Assembly: GCA_965228485.1 (NCBI GenBank)
Contig: OZ245819.1
Coordinates: forward strand, 540,001 to 572,000
DNA: 32,000 bases
Direction of reading: 5' to 3'
Source: Candidatus Saccharimonadota bacterium
Lineage (GTDB): Bacteria > Patescibacteriota > Gracilibacteria > UBA4473
The notes below the pieces were generated by a model that was not told where the DNA came from, did not search any database, and saw nothing but the letters and a program-made list of their open reading frames with translations. The position numbers and the translations under genes are program-made. Shown here in pieces: positions 26,430-32,000 of this stretch. How positions within the stretch are numbered: position 1 is the first letter of the stretch; each line of letters opens with the position of its first letter.

Positions 26430-26453
26430 AATCCCAGAGTTTCTACTGGGATT
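26430..26453. promoter_or_regulatory. Perfect 8-bp inverted repeat in the typA / 26526 divergent intergenic region
   Basis: AATCCCAG (26430-26437), 8-nt spacer, CTGGGATT (26446-26453). No U-tract follows on either strand, so it is not a typical terminator. Confidence 0.3.
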
Positions 26454-26490
26454 TGGGGGGAAGTCAAACTTATAGGTTTTCAGCCCCTAA

Positions 26491-26519
26491 TTGAAAAAAA
26501 AACTCTGCTATGGTATAAT
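26491..26519 (+). promoter_or_regulatory. Near-consensus sigma70 promoter implying a leaderless transcript for the 26526 ORF
   Basis: TTGAAA (26491-26496), 17-nt spacer ending in TGG (extended -10 TGn), TATAAT (26514-26519). Only 6 nt separate the -10 element from the A of the ATG at 26526. Confidence 0.62.
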
Positions 26520-26525
26520 TGGAAG

Positions 26526-27116
26526 ATGAGAGAAACTCCTCCTGAAAGATGTCAATTCCCACTTCTCCATGAAAGTGAGAGTACTAATCGAGCTATAATT
26601 AATGCTGTAGCAGAAGGAGTCCGTTATTTAGTCTTCTCTTCTGTGTCTTCTTATAAAAGTGCAGATGTTGGGATTTTTCGAATATCGAATTCTGATTTTA
26701 TTTTTAAAGACTCAGAAAAATTTCGAGAAGCGTTAAGAGAGATTGGAGTTGATCTTTCTGTGATTGATCCTGTTTATCATCTTTCTATGGGCGCTGTAAA
26801 TGAAGCTATTAATTTAAGGGATATTCACGAATCTTTTAAAGCCTTAGCAAAATATCTAAGTGAAATCGATAATCCCGCACCTTATATTTGTGCTGTAAGC
26901 TATTTAGGGAAATATGCACAACGCTACGGGTTTGATGTTTATGATTTTCCACCAGAGTTTATGGAAAAAGACTGTTTTTTCGAAAAAGAACTTAAAAAAA
27001 TGGAATCTTCACCTTCTCCGAAGAAACGAGAAATGGCGAAACGATTTAGTCCTTCAGATTATAAATTTTGTATTATTAGTACCAAAGACTTTCTAGAAAA
27101 ATTTAGCTCTCAATAA
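26526..27116 (+). CDS. Hypothetical cytoplasmic protein (196 aa), no family recognised
   Basis: ORF directly behind the promoter above. No TM helix or signal peptide and no motif I can assign. Confidence 0.55.
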   Translation: MRETPPERCQFPLLHESESTNRAIINAVAEGVRYLVFSSVSSYKSADVGIFRISNSDFIFKDSEKFREALREIGVDLSVIDPVYHLSMGAVNEAINLRDIHESFKALAKYLSEIDNPAPYICAVSYLGKYAQRYGFDVYDFPPEFMEKDCFFEKELKKMESSPSPKKREMAKRFSPSDYKFCIISTKDFLEKFSSQ

Positions 27117-27148
27117 AACACCAAACTTCTTCTTAATATATAAGATAT

Positions 27149-27181
27149 AAAAAAAGACTGAGCCCCCCTCAAAGCCCAGTC
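27149..27181 (-). terminator. Rho-independent terminator after the sigma/anti-sigma operon
   Basis: The minus strand reads GACUGGGC UUUGAGGGGG GCUCAGUC UUUUUUU. The imperfect pair is G-U on the minus strand and A-C on the plus strand. Confidence 0.65.
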
Positions 27182-27218
27182 ATTAAGTAATACGTGAATG
27201 AGATAATTTTATGACAGA

Positions 27219-28814
27219 TTATTCCTCGAAATTTTCGTCATAATAATCCTCGTATTCTTCCTCCAGCGTTGGTCCGAATTCTTCGTACTCAGGATCGAAT
27301 TCTTCTTCCTCCCATTCAAGATCGTCTTCGTATTCAGGTTCATAAAATTCTGGTTCTGGAATTGGATCAAATTCGTCTTCTTCGAACTCTGGTTCGTACT
27401 CTTCCCAATCTTCATCTTCATCAAAAGATGATATTTTTGGCTCATAAAAATCATCTTCTGGATAGTATTTGAATTCTTCTTCATCTTGCTCATATTCAGG
27501 TTCGAAGATTTCCACAATAGGTTCTAGGATTTCGAGACGACCCCCAAAGTCCTCGATACGTTCTTCTATTGCCTCTGGAATATCCTCGATCACATCGATA
27601 ACGTGATCATCCCAATCATCTTCTTCCCACGGCTCATCGTCATAATCTTCATGATCGTCGTCATCCCATGGAAAATCCTCTTCCTCGATGTATTCCTCCC
27701 AATGATGGACGTACCAGCCATCGGCCCACATATGTGGGTCAAGGTCGTGGTAATCAATAATTTCTATATGACCTTCATATACATCGTCTAAGTCTTCTGC
27801 CATATCTTCGATGCGTTCTTCTTGTTCTTCGGCGACATCATCTAGTACATCCATTTGGTCTTCGATGGCGTCCATTTGATCTTCGATCTGCATGGCGGCG
27901 ATTGGATCACTCGTACCATTAAGCTGATCTTCAAAAGCAAAATATTGGTCTTCCAGATGATCCATCTCATCGTAGATGTGGACGAGTACTTGATTTTCGG
28001 CGGAGATTTCGTCGGCTAAGATTTCGAGTTCTATCGGTTGGAATCCAAAACCTCGAGATTCAAAATGCGGGATAAACGATTCCTCAACGATCAATTGTTC
28101 GGCTCGAGCAATGAGTTTTTCATGCGCGTCGGCTTGAGCGATGAGTACTGGAATTGAGGCTTCAACTTCGGGTTCATCAATCTGTTGGTTGATTTTGGTG
28201 AGTTCGGTTTTTTGTTGTTTGAGTCGTGTTTCAATTTTTTTGAGTAAGTCCTCGGCAACTTTGGTATCTTTTACTTTTCCCGTTTCCTCGATAGATTGCC
28301 CGAGGAAGACTCCACTTTCGGTGATGAGTCCTGCCACTAAACTATCCTGTGGACTGACCTGAATTTTTTTCACTTTTGGAATTGTTTTTGGAGTGGCGGC
28401 TTTTGCTGTTGGAAAAACACTTCGATTCGAACGACCTACTAGTGTTTGAGCTTCTGCCAGCCGTTTATCTGAAAGGGTCATATAGAAGTCCGCTTTCTGG
28501 GCAGGGGTGGTGAGTGTGGCAAGGTGCGTTTTTTCCTGAGATCGTTTCCAGTCGTACAGGTAGTCTCCCCGAACAATGGTTTCTGATTCGTAGACATAGC
28601 CAGGCAACCATTGGTAGCCTCCAATGGCGAGTACCAGTACCGCCATGGTGAGCGTCGCGTAAGCATAACGAGGTCCAAAGAAGTGTCCCCAATCATGAAC
28701 ACCCTCTTGACGTTGCTGTTTCATCGCGGCTTTGAGTCGACGTTTAATGCGCCAATCAGCCATAAACGGCAACTTCTGCAGTGGGAGCCGAAACCGGTTG
28801 GGTGATTTGTTCAT
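27219..28814 (-). CDS. Single-pass membrane protein in the anti-sigma position, with a DUF5667-like ectodomain start and a hyper-acidic aromatic C-terminal tail
   Basis: ATGA start/stop overlap with the ECF sigma gene. About 50 aa of basic N-terminus, then the TM helix YATLTMAVLVLAIGGYQWL, then GDYLYDWKRSQEK...LSDKRLAEAQTLV (resembles DUF5667 as I recall it). Of the last 155 residues, 80 are D or E by my count, interspersed with W/Y/F. Confidence 0.6.
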   Translation of the reverse strand: MNKSPNRFRLPLQKLPFMADWRIKRRLKAAMKQQRQEGVHDWGHFFGPRYAYATLTMAVLVLAIGGYQWLPGYVYESETIVRGDYLYDWKRSQEKTHLATLTTPAQKADFYMTLSDKRLAEAQTLVGRSNRSVFPTAKAATPKTIPKVKKIQVSPQDSLVAGLITESGVFLGQSIEETGKVKDTKVAEDLLKKIETRLKQQKTELTKINQQIDEPEVEASIPVLIAQADAHEKLIARAEQLIVEESFIPHFESRGFGFQPIELEILADEISAENQVLVHIYDEMDHLEDQYFAFEDQLNGTSDPIAAMQIEDQMDAIEDQMDVLDDVAEEQEERIEDMAEDLDDVYEGHIEIIDYHDLDPHMWADGWYVHHWEEYIEEEDFPWDDDDHEDYDDEPWEEDDWDDHVIDVIEDIPEAIEERIEDFGGRLEILEPIVEIFEPEYEQDEEEFKYYPEDDFYEPKISSFDEDEDWEEYEPEFEEDEFDPIPEPEFYEPEYEDDLEWEEEEFDPEYEEFGPTLEEEYEDYYDENFEE

Positions 28815-29512
28815 GATCGAAATAAATTAAACGCTGGTTTTAAATTTCTGGCTTGTCCAGAATCTAGTCGTCCATAAGACTCTGGGCGAATCTTTGAGTT
28901 TTGAAATTGTATTTGGCCAGAGATTTCAAATGGTTGGTAACTATCTATAAGTATTATGAGCAGAATAAGAGACAGGGTTTGGAGCATTGGACGAATCTTT
29001 TTGAGTCCCCTGGAGAGCGCGAGTCGGACGTAGCCTTCGGTCTCATCGGTGATCTCGGCAATCTCTTTGGTCGTTTTGTCTTCCAGGTATTTCATGATGA
29101 TACAGTCTTTCTGGAAGTCCGAGCATTTATCGAGTGCCTTGTAGATGGCTTCGAGCTTCGGCGCTTTGTCGAGCTCTATATGCCAATCTTCGATGGTTTC
29201 TCTATCGTCTGGAGTGACTTCTTGGATATCTTCGAGATCGATGTGAACGCCTTGGGTTTTTCGGTAATGATCGATGATCGTATTCCGTGCGATGGTGAAT
29301 ACCCAGGTACTAAAAGCATAGCTATCGTTATAGGTTTCAAATCGCTCAAAGGCTTTGAGAAAGATATCACTCGTCAGGTCTTCGGCGAGTTGGGTTTCCC
29401 CACCCACTCGGTAAAGCACGAAGCTGTAGACCTTATGTTTGTATTGGTTGTAGTAATCTATGAACTCAGAATCGCGTGTCATATCGAGGGGATTATATAA
29501 GAAAAAATCCAA
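28811..29512 (-). CDS. ECF-type RNA polymerase sigma-70 family factor with a ~45-aa C-terminal extension
   Basis: Region 2: AEDLTSDIFLKAFERFETY, FSTWVFTIARNTIIDHYRK. Region 4: TKEIAEITDETEGYVRLALSRGLKKIR. An alternative start at 29482 gives MTRDSEF. Confidence 0.85.
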   Translation of the reverse strand: MDFFLYNPLDMTRDSEFIDYYNQYKHKVYSFVLYRVGGETQLAEDLTSDIFLKAFERFETYNDSYAFSTWVFTIARNTIIDHYRKTQGVHIDLEDIQEVTPDDRETIEDWHIELDKAPKLEAIYKALDKCSDFQKDCIIMKYLEDKTTKEIAEITDETEGYVRLALSRGLKKIRPMLQTLSLILLIILIDSYQPFEISGQIQFQNSKIRPESYGRLDSGQARNLKPAFNLFRS

Positions 29513-29578
29513 AGATCACTTTCTTGTACGAGAAAGGTCCTTGGACGCAACAACTTTTTTGGATAAAATCACATACCG

Positions 29579-29608
29579 AAAACTGGAGCCCCCTCGAACT
29601 CCAGTTTT
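29579..29608 (-). terminator. Stem-loop, probable terminator after the acidic secreted protein gene
   Basis: AAAACTGGAG (29579-29588) pairs perfectly with CTCCAGTTTT (29599-29608) across a 10-nt loop. The T-tract is partly inside the stem, so efficiency is uncertain. Confidence 0.45.
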
Positions 29609-29649
29609 CTTAAGTAAGACGATTGGGTCAATAAACCTGTGACAATTTA

Positions 29650-30438
29650 TTATCGACGAAAGTCATCATAGTCGTCAAAATCCCAGTCATCTTCGTCATC
29701 AAAGTCAAAATCATCATCGTCCTCATAATCTCGATCTAGTGGATAGTCCTCGTCCCCATGACCAAAGCCACATTCGATCATTTCTGGATACTCATCATCG
29801 TCTCCAAAATGAACATCAATTTTTTCATAAATTTCATCAAGGGCATCAAAGAACTTTCCTTCATCCGTCAGTCCGCTGAGTGTTTTTAATTTTGTGGTTA
29901 GATTTGATTTTAGAGTCGCATCTTCGATTTCAGCAATTTCTGATTCTAGCTCTTTAATGATCAATGGTTTTTCTGTTGCGAAGTCCATTTCTTCCCAGTC
30001 ATCAAAATCTTCCCAATGTTTTTCTAGCATTTCATAAACATCATCTAGCGCTTCAAAGAATTTTTCTTCGTCAGTGATTTTCTCAATCTCGTTTAGCTTT
30101 TTTGTCGCTTCTGTTTTTAGGGCTTGATCGTCGATCTCAGCGATATCGACTTTTAGGTCTTCGATGATAAGTGGTTTTTCTGTCGCAAAATCAAATTCTG
30201 CATCTTCGTAATAATCATCGTCCTCATAGTTTTGAACTTGCTCATTAATGAGGTCTACCAATTTTGATTGGATATCGGCCTTTTGTGACTCGGTTTGTCC
30301 ATTAAGAAATGGTAGGAAAAAAGCCCACACAGACTGAACCTCTGGATCTTCACTACTAAAGATTGGCATCGCCGAAGCGGTTCCCGCACTTAAAACGGTA
30401 GCGGCTAAAAGTGTAAAAAGTGTTTGTTTGGTTTTCAT
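29650..30438 (-). CDS. Secreted hyper-acidic protein with an internal 69-aa duplication
   Basis: Signal peptide MKTKQTLFTLLAATVLSAGTASA. Two copies of DFATEKPLII.[DE]L...IAEI.D..LK......KL......T.E.KFF.ALD..YE. C-terminal tail DYEDDDDFDFDDEDDWDFDDYDDFRR. Confidence 0.75.
   Translation of the reverse strand: MKTKQTLFTLLAATVLSAGTASAMPIFSSEDPEVQSVWAFFLPFLNGQTESQKADIQSKLVDLINEQVQNYEDDDYYEDAEFDFATEKPLIIEDLKVDIAEIDDQALKTEATKKLNEIEKITDEEKFFEALDDVYEMLEKHWEDFDDWEEMDFATEKPLIIKELESEIAEIEDATLKSNLTTKLKTLSGLTDEGKFFDALDEIYEKIDVHFGDDDEYPEMIECGFGHGDEDYPLDRDYEDDDDFDFDDEDDWDFDDYDDFRR
29779..30192 (-). repeat. Tandem duplication (2 x 69 aa) within the acidic secreted protein
   Basis: aa 83-151 and 152-220 align end to end without gaps. 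The DNA copies are clearly diverged, so this is not a recent slippage event. Confidence 0.85.
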
Positions 30439-30525
30439 GATGTAAAAAGTTAAAAAAATAAATCAAACTTGGCCAAAGCACTCACTTCTACGAAGCACGA
30501 CAAAAAAGCGCCACAACTTTTTTGT

Positions 30526-30554
30526 AAAAAAAAGACCAATCATTCCGATTGGCC
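30526..30554 (-). terminator. Rho-independent terminator after the SLH/YHYH gene
   Basis: The minus strand reads GGCCAAUC GGAAU GAUUGGUC UUUUUUUU, with one G-U pair. Confidence 0.65.
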
Positions 30555-30563
30555 TTTGTATAA

Positions 30564-32000
30564 CTATCTTGGTGGTGCGGGCATAATCGATCTCAGATAG
30601 CTTTCACTCACCCCAAGAGTTTGGGCTGCTGCTGTAAAATCTGGTGGCGGTGGTCCTAAAGCTCTCTGGAGTTGCTGAACCGTAACACCTAGCTTTTCAG
30701 CCGCCTCACTTAAATCAGGTTCTCCTCCTGAACTTTGTCCACTTTGATTTCTTACTCCTGGCTGACCTCCCCCTGGCCCCCCTTGGGTAAAGCTGGAATC
30801 AGAAGTCCCTTGAAGGCATCGTGGAATATATGGGAAATCATCGGTCAGGTAATATCGATATTCTCCGTTTACCCATTTTCCATTACATTCATCCAAATCT
30901 CCTAAACCTTCTACATACTCAAAATCCTGAGTAAAAGTTCCATTATAAGTTCCTCCTGGACCATCTGGTCTAGTACCAGATTTAATTCGGTAACTTGGTT
31001 CATAGATACCGCTCTGTGAATAATACATTTTGTAGCCATCGGCCGCATACCCAACCAGTAAAGTATCCGTACTAGTTTGAGCAGCTAGTTTTTCTACGAG
31101 CCCTGTTGGAACGGCATGGTAGTGATAAGTTCCATCTGGCTGGACATGCGCATAACTCGAATCAAGACCAAGAGATGGAACCCCCGCTTGAATGGCTTCA
31201 TATTTCCAATCAGTATTCTGATAACGTTCAGCCGTTTCTGGTTCAAATTTCACCCCATTGACCGCCACCCCAGGCAATCGTGCCCAAGTAGCACTTCCAT
31301 CATGACTTGGATTTAGCGTCATTCGAAATTCTACCTCTTGTTCACTGATAGCATTGGGGTTTGCTCGATTTGGAAAGGTTCCCGTTGCATGGTTAGCCAG
31401 TCCGTTTCCTTTCACGTATCGATAGCGATCATCGGTTGTGATTTCAACCCAAGCATCTTCATAGGTTTCATAGATTTTTTCTGGTTGTCCCTCTTGAATC
31501 GCCTGAGCGGCAAGTAATGTCGCTCGGTTATGAAAAGATTGATTGGTGATGTTTTCTTTAAGACGGTAGATCATTTCAGCCATTTGTCCTCGAGTCAATT
31601 CTCCGTCTACGGAAGTAATGGTTCTTGGAATCACTCGTCGATCCCCAAGATTATCCAAATACGGATAATACCAAACACTCGCTCCGTCCGAATCAACTTC
31701 ATGAGTAAAAGCTTCCGAAATAATCTTTGCCCCTTCTGTAACCTTTACTGAATTTCCAGGCCCAAAACGCCCATCCGGATATCCCTCAACAATCCCTAAA
31801 CAAGAAGCTACTTGGAGGTAGCCACCGTACCAAGCACTCCAATCAACATCGCTGTAATCATAATATTTTTGGCAAGATGGACTCTCTGGGTATTCAGCTT
31901 CTTGGAGTATCTTTAAAAGCTCCACTCTATTGACGCTCGCATCAGGTCGAAAAGTACCGTCAGGGTAACCACTAACAATACCTTCTGATTTTACATAAGC
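30564..32000 (-). CDS. Cell-wall-associated protein: SLH-like repeats + YHYH domain + Gly/Pro linker + twin LGV helix motifs; the 5' end lies beyond the right edge
   Basis: The frame stays open upstream of the track's GTG start (31925) to the window end and encodes AYVKSEGIVSGYPDGTFRPDASVNRVELLKILQEA, an SLH-like segment. A second SLH-like segment is YSDVDWSAWYGGYLQVASCLGIVEGYPDGRFGP. YAHVQPDGTYHYHAVP and LDECNGKWVNGEYRYYLTDDFPYIPRC are YHYH-family motifs. Confidence 0.75.
   Translation of the reverse strand, partial: AYVKSEGIVSGYPDGTFRPDASVNRVELLKILQEAEYPESPSCQKYYDYSDVDWSAWYGGYLQVASCLGIVEGYPDGRFGPGNSVKVTEGAKIISEAFTHEVDSDGASVWYYPYLDNLGDRRVIPRTITSVDGELTRGQMAEMIYRLKENITNQSFHNRATLLAAQAIQEGQPEKIYETYEDAWVEITTDDRYRYVKGNGLANHATGTFPNRANPNAISEQEVEFRMTLNPSHDGSATWARLPGVAVNGVKFEPETAERYQNTDWKYEAIQAGVPSLGLDSSYAHVQPDGTYHYHAVPTGLVEKLAAQTSTDTLLVGYAADGYKMYYSQSGIYEPSYRIKSGTRPDGPGGTYNGTFTQDFEYVEGLGDLDECNGKWVNGEYRYYLTDDFPYIPRCLQGTSDSSFTQGGPGGGQPGVRNQSGQSSGGEPDLSEAAEKLGVTVQQLQRALGPPPPDFTAAAQTLGVSESYLRSIMPAPPR

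Noticed and set aside
28901-29500. 199-aa + strand ORF antisense to the ECF sigma gene
   Set aside because: The minus frame carries clear sigma region 2 and region 4 motifs. The antisense frame has none, and long antisense ORFs are common opposite real genes.
29483-29512. TATAAT inside the first ten codons of the sigma ORF, 9 nt upstream of a second ATG (29482), as another leaderless promoter
   Set aside because: No acceptable -35 element lies at 16-18 nt (the best is AGTGAT/GTGATC), so I list 29482 only as an alternative start.
30495-30525. AT-rich inverted repeat ACAAAAAAG-N8-CTTTTTTGT upstream of the acidic protein gene
   Set aside because: The stem is nearly pure A/T and of low stability, and it sits next to a much better terminator. 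It is likely a compositional coincidence.
1-32000. Search for CRISPR arrays, IS elements or transposases, integrases, prophage genes, a reverse transcriptase or DGR template/variable repeat pairs, toxin-antitoxin pairs and known defence-system genes
   Set aside because: I saw no spaced direct repeats, no terminal inverted repeats bracketing a gene and no recognisable motifs of these protein families in any of the ORFs. The only DNA-level repeats are the two diverged intragenic duplications reported above.

Overview
Gene-dense (about 90% coding), low-GC (roughly 38-40% by eye) bacterial chromosomal segment. It reads cleanly in the standard code: the long ORFs have no in-frame TGA problems. I found no rRNA, tRNA, CRISPR array, transposase, integrase or phage genes. 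Two firmly recognisable housekeeping genes anchor the window: infB (8578-10683, +) and typA/bipA (24576-26369, -). Most of the rest is cell-envelope or exported content. This includes a CcdA plus CxxC-lipoprotein thiol-redox pair and a co-directional run of a membrane-anchored MurF-like ligase, a DegT-like PLP enzyme, a pentapeptide-repeat membrane protein, a FemAB-family transferase and infB. It also includes a WbaP-type sugar-phosphate transferase overlapping a FumC-like lyase, a DUF2177/DUF1295 membrane pair, a GapN-like aldehyde dehydrogenase and several lipoproteins (Gmad2-like, DUF4377-like, Cys-rich). Further genes encode an Excalibur-domain protein, an ECF sigma/anti-sigma pair and an SLH+YHYH wall protein that runs off the right edge. 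Many exported proteins carry extreme D/E-rich tracts. Most genes lack a Shine-Dalgarno sequence, and several have near-consensus sigma70-type promoters only 5-11 nt from the start codon. That style fits uncultivated Patescibacteria/CPR-like genomes, but I cannot establish taxonomy from this window. The items most worth a second look follow. (1) An isolated two-gene module (19591-23006) encoding a 106-aa coiled-coil protein and a 1030-aa cysteine-free, single-TM protein with four diverged ~72-aa tandem modules and a C-terminal domain I cannot place. (2) A GC-enriched, hairpin-rich 194-nt intergenic segment (18860-19053) upstream of a small 3-TM membrane protein, which is a candidate structured RNA. 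(3) A MurF paralog whose N-terminal domain is replaced by three TM helices. (4) An ECF sigma with a hydrophobic C-terminal extension, coupled to an anti-sigma-like protein with a hyper-acidic aromatic tail. None of these is demonstrated to be a new system. All functional readings beyond family-level motifs are inference.
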